A stretch of DNA of 63,785 bases, filler included, from Dicyema japonicum (taxonomy: Eukaryota > Animalia > Dicyemida), in NCBI GenBank assembly GCA_011109175.1. It is 10 parts of 10 records of this genome, joined end to end, with 100 filler letters (N's around TTAATTAATTAA, not from the genome) between each part and the next. Parts side by side here need not be neighbours in the genome. Positions count along the whole stretch, not along the records: positions 47,123 to 53,973 come from RDEW01000028.1; positions 54,074 to 56,588 come from RDEW01000360.1; positions 56,689 to 63,785 come from RDEW01000147.1; 7 more parts are not named here. One strand, given 5' to 3'. The notes below the pieces were generated by a model, which saw nothing but the letters and a program-made list of their open reading frames with translations, did no database searches and was not told the DNA's origin. Shown here piece by piece: positions 50,396 to 61,855 of the stretch. Every line of letters begins with the position of its first letter. Within the stretch, counting starts at the first letter, position 1. The translations under genes and the position numbers were made by a program.

Positions 50396-50589
50396 ATTAA
50401 AAATACTAATTTGGTTTTAAAAAATTTTTTTTAATTGATTTGAACAAAAAATCATTAGTCTTGTTTAATTTTTTAATTTATTGTTTTTTAAATAATTAAA
50501 TTATTTGAATTTATAAATTTTTTTGTTGTCTCTTTTTCTTCTCTTGCTACCTCAATTTTAACGATTCTCACAATTTTCTTAAAAATAAA

Positions 50590-52190
50590 GTCACAATGTA
50601 ACCTTCATTTTTTCTTTAATTTGAGCAGAACTCAAACTGTGCACTTCTTCTCCATCAATTGAAATAACCAGTCTCCAATCTTTAAGCCAACTTCTTGACT
50701 CTACGTTGTTAATTATAGTAGAACAGTTTTTTTAACGTAAGCTCCCGCAGAATTAAATTTATCCTCAATATCTATTTCACCTGGTCTCGATAGATCAACA
50801 AAAATAATTTTATTTCATATTTTTTCCCTAATAAACGTACGGCAACGTTTTCTCTCCGAAGAATATCAATAAAATATATTTCCTGAATATGCTCAATAGC
50901 ACGTTCAGATCTCCATTTGACATCAAAGCCAAGTCATTACCGCAGTACTAGTTCAGTTATTCTTAAGAAACCACTCGAATTATTTGGTCCCCGATAGCTA
51001 TTCTTTGATCCAAAAATGCAGCACCGCTCCGATAAATATCGATCACATAGACCCCTTCCTATTCTTCGAAAAAAATCGAATTTACCATATCTGTGTCATC
51101 CCGCCAAAAAGGACCAAACCAATTGGATTAGAATTACTCAAAAATTTCCAATCTAAATTTGTTTATTAGATTTTCATTTTGTAATTCGGAAATGGGGGAT
51201 TTTACGCTCTCAGTCAAAATAGACAAAATTATTACCTTTTGAGAATCCTGAGATCCGCTATTTTCCTAAATTAAATTTTTGCTGACAAACAAGGACTACC
51301 GGTGACCCACGATCATTAGATCTTCAGAACAATTCGATTTTATAGTTCCTGCCGCTACGACATGATGTTTACCCTGAATAAACTCATCATTGATCTTGTT
51401 TTTTGAGCATGAATGTACCTGAATAATCTCATCGTCGACCATGAACGTATCAGCAAGGATGCTGTCAGAGGATATGTGTTTGATGAATATTCCGAATGAC
51501 GATTCGTCTCGGTTTTGTCCGACTAATTTAATTCCCAGTTCACCGACAGGAAGTGAAATTTTTTTGACAATGATTTCCCCGCCATTTTTTGCATATTGTT
51601 CAGTCAGTTTCCCCTAATTATTATTTTTGTTAGTTATACAGGCTGATAACTCGTTTGTTTGGTTATTGACATTAGTAGGTTCAACACCTTTTTCGACAAA
51701 AGAAAGAAGTTTTTGGACAAATGGAAGTTTTTCGTGTTGGCTTTTTGATCGATTGAATTTTTGGACAAGCAAAACAATGCTATTTCTGGCTTCCTCGAAA
51801 AGTTTTTTAACTTCAGCATAATTGAGGCAGTCCGACATGAATGTTGTTGATCTGTTTATATTTTATTTTATAGATACTTCTAATATTTTATCTCCTGACC
51901 TCAGATCAAAATCCACACAGGCACTACTATTTGGGAGTGTTCGATAGATAAAGAATTCTGTTTTTTTTTTGATAATATCCGAATGTGCCAAAATGTGCTT
52001 ACTGTTAGTATTTAGAATCGTACCAATTACGCTTAAGCCAAATGAACCGTAATTTGTGCGAAATAGAATAACTTGTATAGGGTCTTCCCACTCGACATTA
52101 TCCCTAAGATCCTTCAAAAAACGGTTTTCAAAAACCTCAGTGGCAAATTTTTTTTCGTTAAATGAAAATTTCAATATTTTTCATACAAAT
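50590..52190 (-). CDS. Multi-PDZ protein (MPDZ/PATJ-like), partial, with mini-introns and two apparent frameshifts
   Basis: At least four PDZ repeats: WEDPIQVILFR..SFGLSVIG..LRSGDKILE; ELGIKLVG..GIFIKHI..DEIIQIN; GVYVIDIY.SGAA..IAIGDQII; GLKIGD.VISIDG. Confidence 0.7.
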
Positions 52191-52334
52191 TATTTTTTTC
52201 TAAAATTATTTTATCTATTNATAATGCATATACCCTTTCGGATAGGAGTATTAATTCTGAAAAAATTTCATTAATTTAATTTACCACTAAAAAATGGGGT
52301 GTATGAATCATAAAAGTACCATTAAGGTACTCTT

Positions 52335-52480
52335 AGTCGCACCTGGATCTGTTATCCATACTGATTCCTGGAAAGGTCACATTATTTAATTTCTATTAAT
52401 ATAGGATATTCAACAGAAGATATAAATGCCCATGGTTGCGTGCATCTCAGGGTAAATCATAAGTACGTGTTTAAATACGT
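52335..52480 (+). mobile_element. Merlin/IS1016-like transposase fragment with a 29-nt intron
   Basis: Spliced product APGSVIHTDSWKGYS...HLRVNHKYVF. Confidence 0.7.
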
Positions 52481-53220
52481 TCTTACTTTTAGGCGAAATT
52501 TTATACCACAAACTGGCAGAAAATAGACTCACCAACGAGTTCTCATTCGACTCTCAAGTCCCACTATATGTCCCAGAATGGCTCAAGATAATCCACGGAC
52601 AGTCCATTTCCGAGCCCTCACGCCCCCCCCCCCCCGACTTGTACAGCAAGCAAATGTTTGAGAGACTTTTAACCAGCACAGTCGAATGACCCCCTCCCTC
52701 CAAAGGGAGTACTACGACGTCCACCCCGACACCGATTTCGTCGAGGATATGCCCATCCAGAAACTCCCCGCCAACAAACCCGACCCAGAGCCACCAAAGG
52801 AGGGCCAAGTGGACAACCAGGAGTATACGTGGAGAGCAACCAGGAGTATACGTGTCCTCACTGTTTCGAGAGAATGGGGGACGAATTTTTTTTGTTTGTA
52901 ATTTTTTTTCCTAGCGTCGTTTCAGCTGTACGACAACTATGAAAACTGGGGACCTCATAATTTGAGATTAATTAGAATAATTCACTTTATTGTTCTCCCT
53001 CAAAAAGTTCTCTTTGTACGGCTGGCGTAAGCGAAATCTTAGTAATCCATGGACCTCTGGTTTTGCGATGCGCTTGTTGTTGTTGTAACTTAAACCAGTG
53101 ATTCTCAAGTTTTTTTTAATCAGGGGCCACAAACATAAAAAAAATTACATCGCCACCACTATTTTTTAACAATTATTTATTACCTAAAAAATCAAAATTA
53201 GGTTTAATTTCGCAGACATA

Positions 53221-53973
53221 TGTTGTCACAGTCCGATAAACAAACACGACGTTAATTATACCCCAACATCAAATTGACAAAAAATCATATCAAAAAAGAT
53301 AAATTAATACAAATCGTCATTGGAAATGATTAATTACTAATTAATAATTAGTTATTAATTTTAATAAAATCCGTTTTTTTATTTTTAAATAAGGAAGCGT
53401 GAAAGTATGCGGATAGTGAGACTAACTAAAGAAATTCTCAGTATTATACAAAATATCAAAGAAGAAAATTCAGAAATTGGATTTCCTGATAGCATGAGCC
53501 CCTTCGAGAGGTTCAGAATCAGGAAATTATCTGAATCTGTTCCATTCTAAAATGGAGTCTTATTCTACAATAGAACTGGTCTAAAATTACGTTTTTCCTG
53601 CGAAGATGAAATGGAGCTGAAGCTCAAATTTATTGAAGTAGAATTTATTACAATATAATTTAAGCGGAACAGAATCTTAATCACTTTGGACTGGACCGCT
53701 TATTCTGATTTTTCAGTTAAAAAATTGTTAGTCTAAAAAATTGTTATGCTCAAAGCCACCGATAACCCCGATTATTGCGAGAAGGAGTCGAGACAGATAT
53801 ATTGCAGATCTGTTACTGTAGATTTTGGTTATAATCGATTTTTTTTCAAAATATGTCGTTGTCGAACTCGCCATGACTAAAACATCAAAAGAAATTTCCG
53901 AATTATTTCAAAAAGTATTTTATCTGATCGGCCCACCAATAATTTTGCATACGGATAACGGGACAGAATTTTG
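53221..53973 (+). mobile_element. Ginger/KRBA2-like integrase-type transposase fragment
   Basis: PITPII..RDRYIADL, IIDFFSKY and PPIILHTDNGTEF motifs; putative TGT terminus at 53221. Confidence 0.65.
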
Positions 53974-54073
53974 NNNNNNNNNNNNNNNNNNNNNNNNNNN
54001 NNNNNNNNNNNNNNNNNTTAATTAATTAANNNNNNNNNNNNNNNNNNNNNNNNNNNNNNNNNNNNNNNNNNNN

Positions 54074-56588
54074 AAAAAGAGTTACTTCTACTTAGGCCTG
54101 TACTTGGGAGTGAAGGGGAATTCTTTGGGTTTCTCCTGAAGGAGGTATGCGACTCTAGGGTCGCTACTAGGTGTGAGGACGGGAGGGTGTTAGGAGGACG
54201 ATTAATATTTAAATAAAATAGAGCCTCCCTCAGAGAGAGCGTTACTGTGAGTGCGACCTAAGAGCACGACAATGGAAGAAGTCTCCCTCACATAGAAGAG
54301 AGTTAGAGAGTTAGGCCAGACTACAGTGGTCGTGGGATGATGTTGATTCTCTTGACTTACTACGTGAGAAAGAATCAACTACTACGGTGAGGAACGATCT
54401 CTTATGTGATAGATTCTCATCTAAGATTCTTAGTAATTTATAACATTTATAAGATAGAGAATCTATACTATTTAAATCTATATATATGATAATCATTTTA
54501 CTATCATTATCATATATACTTTGGTGTAGTGATCGGGCCAGCGAGGAAAGAGGCTCCAATCACAATAAGTTTGTTCTAGTTGACGTGGAGACTATAGGTG
54601 GAGTGCAGCCCCATATCGATGAGTTCACATCCACGGATGTTTACGTAATCGATATAGTGTAGAAGAACACTTCTCCCCATAGATTCCTAAGAGCAGTCTC
54701 CACTACTCCGTAGGCTGTTCGCCAGTCTCTTATACCGTAGAGATCTATTATAAATTAAATAAAAATTAAAAAGAGTTACTTCTACTTAGGCCTGTACTTG
54801 GGAGTGAAGGGGAATTCTTTGGGTTTCTCCTGAAGGAGGTATGCGACTTTAGGGTCGCTACTGGGAGTGAGGACGGGAGGGTGTGAGGAGGACGATTAAT
54901 ATTTAAATAAAATAGAGCCTCCCTCAGAGAGAGTGTTACTGTGAGTGCGACCTAAGAGCACGACAATGGAAGAAGNGGAAATCTATTGTACTGTGGTATA
55001 AACACCATCTAAAGTGTCGTTTAGGTCGTTGGATGGTGTGTAGAGTCGCTCTGATGGGCGAAGGGCGGTAATTGGGATTACGGTCCTGAGGTATGGAGAA
55101 GTCTCTATCGGTGAGGACGGGTGTTAGGAGGACGACTAATACAAAGAGATAAACCCCTCTCTAAGAATACACTACCTGTGAGTGCGACCTAAGAGCACGA
55201 CCGAGGTGAAGAGAACTCACAGCCAGAGAGAGTTGGAAGAGTGGCCAGACTAACTGTGGTCTCAGGGGATGTAGATCCTCTTGACTGATATTCTTGAGAA
55301 AGGATCTACTACTACGGCGTAGGTTTCTACCTTATAGGTTAGATTCTACATTAAGATTATGCGTAATTGTAAACACATATAGATGTAGAATCTATACTAC
55401 TTTATATGTAACAACAATTTTGTTGTTACATACGATGGTGTTGTGGTGTCCGGGCCAAGGAGGTCGGGGGACTCGAGGGACACATTGAGGTAGTACTGAT
55501 GGACGGTGAGTCTACATGAGAGAGTGCAGCCCCTACTATCGATGAGTGTCGTATACACGTATACCGTCACGTAATCGATGTAGATGACGCATAACACCAT
55601 ACACTCTCCCACATAGTCCTCTAACAACCGACTCACCTGCTCTGTAGTCTGTTCGACAATGTAGTAGAGGACTATTATACTAAAATATAATATAGATTTC
55701 CATAATTAGGAAATCTATTCTACTGTGGTATAAACACCATCTAAAGTGTTGTTTAGGTCGTTGGATGGTGTGTAGAGTCGCTCTGATGGGCGAAGGGCGG
55801 TAATTGGGATTACGGTCCTGAGGTATGGAGAAGTCTCTATCGGTGAGGACGGGTGTTAGGAGGACGACTAATACAAAGAGATAAACCCCTCTCTAAGAAT
55901 ACACTACCTGTGAGTGCGACCTAAGAGCACGACNGGACGAACGGTATGCGGAGGAGGATATTCTGTGAGAGAAACCATTCTAGGACAAGTCTTTACTTCA
56001 TAGATAGCCGCAGAGTTACCTAGGGAAGAGTAAGGAAGAAGTCTTCATAAGATGGAGGAGCGTTCTACCTTATTTTAAAAATAGGTTTGTAGTAGTATCG
56101 GGGTATATGCAGGTGATGTAGATCCTCTTGATTGATCGTCGTGAGAAAGGATATACTACTACAGTATAGCTCTACGGTAGGCCTACTGTTAGAAGTCTAC
56201 TTCTAAGTATAGATTCTCCTTTAAGATTCTTGTTAATTATAAATAACTATAGAGAGAATCTATTATATAGTTCTTTATATATAATAATACTTTTATTATT
56301 ATATATAATACAGTTGGTGTGGTGTCCGGGCAAGGGAGGTAGTGAGTTAAGATTCTTGTTAATTATAAATAACTATAGAGAGAATCTATTATATAGTTCT
56401 TTATATATAATAATACTTTTATTATTATATATAATACATTGAGTGTGGTGTCCGGGCAAGGGAGGTGGTGAGACTGGTCGGACACATTTAGGTGGTTCTG
56501 GTGGACGGAGGGTCTAACACTATCGAGCGCAGCCCCTTATCGATGCGACTCGTATCGCACACGTCCGGATAAGAATCATAATCGATAG
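54074..56588. repeat. Three divergent ~700-nt structured non-coding repeat units (tandem or circular)
   Basis: Unit 1 has period 694, unit 2 period 732 and unit 3 is partial; they share motifs and covarying stems. Confidence 0.75.
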
Positions 56589-56699
56589 NNNNNNNNNNNN
56601 NNNNNNNNNNNNNNNNNNNNNNNNNNNNNNNNTTAATTAATTAANNNNNNNNNNNNNNNNNNNNNNNNNNNNNNNNNNNNNNNNNNNNAATTGTCTTAG

Positions 56700-56985
56700 T
56701 AGTGATCATTTTGCATGATCACCTACAGAAACATTGTTATGACTTCTATTTTTTAAATGAGAGGCGGTGTTTACAAAGGACGGGAACGGAATAATTGCAG
56801 ACGGATTACATGTGATCAACTAGAATCGAACGACTAATGAACAAGTCTGAGTCTCGTTCGTCATCGGAATAAACCAGAAAAATCACCTCACCAACAAACA
56901 ACAGCCATGCATCGCTTATCCACAGTATCAAGAGAAAGCTATGAGCCTGTCAATTCTCACTGTTTAGGCTTGACTGAGTTTTTTT
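56700..56985 (-). pseudogene. Degenerate, internally deleted 18S rRNA 3' fragment
   Basis: Imperfect reverse-complement matches to 18S landmarks: tcacctac.gaaac.ttgtta.gactt, ggcggtgt.tacaaagg, gtctcgttcgt.atcggaat.aaccaga and gccatgca. Confidence 0.8.
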
Positions 56986-57109
56986 TGTTAAATGAAATAT
57001 TTTTTATATATTTGTAATGAAACGAGATCAGAAATTTACTGTCTCTATAAACCATATCCTGGAATAGTAAATTATTTTTATTTGTGTCAACTCTGACAAA
57101 CTTTAAAGG

Positions 57110-57330
57110 TTTGTCCTTTTTATCTCATATTAAGGACATAGATGCAACTGCAGGCATCGTTATGGCGTCTGAGATAGGAGCTGTTAAGCATTCGGCTATA
57201 CCTTGTAGCAAGGTGATCAACTGTCGTTTTTGATGAGTTGTATTTGCTGCATTTAATCTCTCCGTTATTGGAAAACAAGTTGCGCTCTTCACTAGCCACA
57301 TGCTTGCTTGAATATTCCAAGCGAAAAATT
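57110..57330 (-). pseudogene. R4-like RLE element fragment
   Basis: TTVDHLATR..RML..SYLRRHND, homologous to the 44048 ORF. Confidence 0.65.
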
Positions 57331-57586
57331 CAAAAGTACATAAAAATACAAAAATTAGGAAAAAATGATAGATTAGGACAAAATACAAAAATTATACAGA
57401 AAGCGTGGAGACAGACAAGTCGATTGCCACTCGTTTTAACCCTCTTTAAGTCGATAATATATAATTAACAAACAAAATAAATTATAGCGCAGACTATACA
57501 AGAAACGTGATTGAATAAAATTACGCTATTAATTTAAATAACGAATTTTACGCTAATAAGAAACATTTTTCTCATAGACGGAATAG

Positions 57587-57868
57587 ATGCAGTCTGATGA
57601 GGACCAGAAAGAAATTCCCAAGAGACCTGTCAAGAAAGAAAAGCAAAACTACAAGACAGAAATGTGTCAAGTTTTTCAAATTCATAATTCTTGCCGCTTT
57701 GGGGATAAATGCAATTTTGCACATTCTGTAGAAGAACTAAGAAGTCTTGAATCAATCAAAAATAAGGAGCAAGCCACATGTAAGTATTTTGCTCTTCTGA
57801 GTCATTGTTCGAAATCTGATTGTAAAGATCTCCACGTTAAAAAGACGGAACCGTCAACTGAATCATGA
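57587..57868 (+). CDS. Small CCCH zinc-finger protein (TIS11/ZFP36-like lead-in)
   Basis: NYKTEMC-x8-C-x5-C-x3-H..EEL plus a second degenerate CCCH. Confidence 0.75.
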   Translation: MQSDEDQKEIPKRPVKKEKQNYKTEMCQVFQIHNSCRFGDKCNFAHSVEELRSLESIKNKEQATCKYFALLSHCSKSDCKDLHVKKTEPSTES

Positions 57869-59864
57869 AATTCGATTTTAAATATTTAACAATTTTCTGT
57901 TGTTCATATGTTTGCGCAAATATTTGTTGTATTTGGTCGTTAATTAACTAATAACTTTCAGCTTTAGTACATTTAGAAATACAACCAAAATGTAATGTCA
58001 TTTAATTTGCGTACTTAGACCAGTTAATGGAGACAACTAATTTTAACACACCTAGAACTACATATCGCTAATCTATCTCCTTAAACGAATGTTCTCATAA
58101 AGCTCCTAAATCAGAAGTTTGTGTCTGTCCTAACTCAGACTTGTAAACACTCAAAATACGATAACGATTGTCTGAATTAGTCAAAATTGATTTCTTTAGG
58201 TAATTAATAATAAGTGAAGTAGGACAATAATAACAAACAGATTATGCAATATCTTAATAGATGTCATAAAATTGTGGTCATTTACAAAATCACATTGATA
58301 AGAATCAAGAATTTATTTTGCAGGGAAAAATCCATCATTTCTTTATCATTCAAACTTCGAAAAGCACAAGCTGTCGCTCTCCCACTGTATGATAACGTGG
58401 ATTTCACAAGCCAATTTTTATTTATATCAAAGTCTAGTCGGATTTTGACCTATTCTTTATTAGTTACAAGATTTGAAACGAAAATTAGGGTTATTAAAAC
58501 GATAGATTATTTATTTTTTNCTCCCACTGTATGATAACGTGGATTTCACAAGCCGATTTTTATTTATATCAAAGTCTAGTCGGATTTTGACATATTCTTT
58601 ATTAGTTACAAGATTCAAAACAAAAATTAGGGTTATTAAAACGATAGATTATTTATTTTTTTACCAATATTTACTTCAAAAAACATGGACTGAAAAGGTA
58701 AGATGCCTCTTTCGATACTGCAGAGTAAATCCGAGTTTTTTTAGTGACAAGCTTAAGATTTTTTAGAATCTCGATATTGAATCTTTAAGGACAACTTGGA
58801 AACTGATTTATCATAAACCTGTTGAATAATCATTAAGAATCTGAAAATATTTTTCAAATTATACTCACGAGTATATTTAAATATGAGTTTTCGACTCTCT
58901 TCTAGCATCTATCATTAATTTTTACCGAATGTATGAATGCTCTGATAATCAGAAAATGTGCACTTATTTCCATTTGCTTACAGATTTATCGGCCTTTTTG
59001 GGAGGTAATAAGAATTATGTTTAAACAGTCACTGAATAATTCATTACAAAACAAAAATTACCGAATGTATGAATGCTTTGATAATCAGAAAATTTGCACT
59101 TATTTCCATTTGCTTACAGATTTATCGGCCTTTTTGGGAGGTAATAAGAATTATGTTTAAACAGTCACTGAATAATTCATTACAAAACAAAAAAAAGGAT
59201 TTCCGGTCAAATCTGAATGCCACCTTGGTCGCTAAAGTGGGCCGGGACATATTAAAATAATTATTTGATTTTTCATTTGTTCAAGTCAAATCTGTGCACA
59301 ACCTTCTCAGTCAAGTATTGNNNNNNNNNNNNNNNNNNNNNNNNNNNNNNNNNNNNNNNNNNNNNNNNNNNNNNNNNNNNNNNNNNNNNNNNNNNNNNNN
59401 NNNNNNNNNNNNNNNNNNNNNNNNNNNNNNNNNNNNNNNNNNNNNNNNNNNNNNNNNNNNNNNNNNNNNNNNNNNNNNNNNNNNNNNNNNNNNNNNNNNN
59501 NNNNNNNNNNNNNNNNNNNNNNNNNNNNNNNNNNNNNNNNNNNNNNNNNNNNNNNNNNNNNNNNNNNNNNNNNNNNNNNNNNNNNNNNNNNNNNNNNNNN
59601 NNNNNNNNNNNNNNNNNNNNNNNNNNNNNNNNNNNNNNNNNNNNNNNNNNNNNNNNNNNNNNNNNNNNNNNNNNNNNNNNNNNNNNNNNNNNNNNNNNNN
59701 NNNNNNNNNNNNNNNNNNNNNNNNNNNNNNNNNNNNNNNNNNNNNNNNNNNNNNNNNNNNNNNNNNNNNNNNNNNNNNNNNNNNNNNNNNNNNNNNNNNN
59801 NNNNNNNNNNNNNNNNNNNNNNNNNNNNNNNNNNNNNNNNNNNNNNNNNNNNNNNNNNNNNNNN

Positions 59865-60797
59865 AATTGAAGCAGTTAACACTTACTCAAGTTATAGAAA
59901 AGAAAAATATGTGGAATATTGACGATCATAAATCAAAAATAATTCATAAATTAATTGGAGAAATGATTGCAGTTAATTTATTACCCTATTCATTTGTTGG
60001 TGATATTGGTTTCATTCGATTACTAAATCATATTATGCCAAATTATTGTATTCCCTCCAGAAAATATTTTTCGGAAAATATTATTCCTGAAATTTTCAAA
60101 AATGTTAAAGCAACGATTACAAATGATATCGATTCTATCAAATTTTTGTCCCTGACAATTGATATTTGGACGGCTACCACAGCAAATAAACCTTTTCTTT
60201 GTATAACCGGACATTGGTTAACAGATTTATTTGCACAACAAAGAGTTTTGTTACGAGTTATTCCCTTGGAAGGTTCTCATACTTTTTCTAAGATTTGTGA
60301 CGAGATAACTAATGTATTAGATGAATATAATCTGAAAAAAGAAATCTTCTAACCGAATTATGTCTATAGAGAAAAATTACCAACATTGCTATTTGACGGA
60401 ACTTCAAAATTATTTAGAGCTAGATTTAATACCACGAACTGATAATATATTTACGTGGTGGAAGAACTTCACGAATATATTTCCCCGCTTAAGTAAAATG
60501 GCGTTGAAATATTTAACAGCTCCTGCTTCGTCTGTAGAAAGCGAAAGAGTTTTCAGCACTGGAGGAAATATATATCAACCGAAAAGAAATAGACTTTTGC
60601 CAGAGAATGGAGAAATGATGATGTACCTTCAATATAATTTAAAAACATTAGACTTTAATTATTGATTCTTTTAAAAAAAATTTGTTTTTTTAACGTTTTG
60701 TTGTATACAATTGTATTTCGGAAAATAATTACATTACCGATTAATCGGCAGATTCTGCCGATTACCGATTATCGGCCGATTAATCGGTGCACCTCTA
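59865..60797 (+). mobile_element. hAT (Ac/ZBED1-4-like) transposon, internally deleted, with right terminus
   Basis: LSLTIDIWT and ITGHWL motifs; dimerisation domain WWK...FPRLSKMA..YL.APASSVESERVFS; terminus ccgattaatcggtgcacctcta. Confidence 0.85.
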
Positions 60798-61149
60798 GTA
60801 TTAATAATCCATTTCCAAGTCTTAGATCGGTGTAAAGTTTCAAAGATGTCATTTAGAATTTTTTCAATTGTGTCGTGAGTTTTTTGACCCATATTTCATG
60901 AGCTATTTGTGTTTCTGGTTATTCTCGTAATTCAGTTAAAGATCACGAGTTAGGAAAACTAAATATACAGATCATCAATTACCATAAATTGATTCCTTTT
61001 TTAATAATCTTTTATTTTTCTGATTTAGATGTAGTTGTTACTGGTTGTTGGAGTACTACATTTACGAAAGTTTTGTATTCAGCATCATTTTTCAAGTAAC
61101 CTAAAGATTGAGACTATAATGCTAATAATGAATTATTTGCGTATTTAAT

Positions 61150-61855
61150 TATATGTCGAAAAATAAATTGTGGCTAAACATGAAGGTACTTCTGGTCACC
61201 AGCGTGGGACGCGACATATTTTGTATCAAAAATTTGAATTACATTTTGAGATTCGAGCCTGAAAAAGCTAATTGTGAAATTAACAAAATCAAGAAAAAGG
61301 AATTTGTTGAAAAATATTTAAGATTTCAATCGGAAAACAGGCCAATTTGCTTTATGGATGAAACAAACTTTAATCTCCATATCAGCAGGACAGAAGGAAG
61401 ATCACTAAAAGGAACAAGATGCACTACTCTAGCTGCTGCATCAAAAGGGTCGAATATACATATAATCGGATGCATCTCAAATCTAGGACTCATTTACTAT
61501 GAGATCCAAGAGGAGCCTTTAAAAAAGAGCAGGCTTGTCATTGGATGAAAACTTGTTTGAAGCAAGCACGGATTAAACATGGTGGTCCAGTTATTATGGT
61601 GTTGGACAATGCACCAGCTCACAGTGGTATTGAGGAAGTTCTTCAATTGGAAGAATTTAATGATTTTCATATTNTGGATGAAAACTTGTTTGAAGCAAGC
61701 ACGGATTAAACATGGTGGTCCAGTTATTATGGTGTTGGACAATGCACCAGCTCACAGTGGTATTGAGGAAGTTCTTCAATTGGAAGAATTTAATGATTTT
61801 CATATTCTTCGTCTCGGCCCGTACAGTTCAATGCTTAATCCCATCGAAAATGTAT
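61150..61855 (+). mobile_element. IS630/Tc1-like transposase catalytic part
   Basis: FMDETNFN, VLDNAPAH and LGPYSSMLNPIENV motifs. Confidence 0.8.

Noticed and set aside
54074-56588. Group I or group II intron, hammerhead, or mitochondrial rRNA identity for the 700-nt units
   Set aside because: Only isolated short matches (GTGCG, gcagc, atagtcc, taatcgat). There is no domain V, no consistent P7, no CUGANGA/GAAA pair, and the rRNA motifs are not in order.
59265-59882. Long ORFs in the ORF track
   Set aside because: They run through the N gap.
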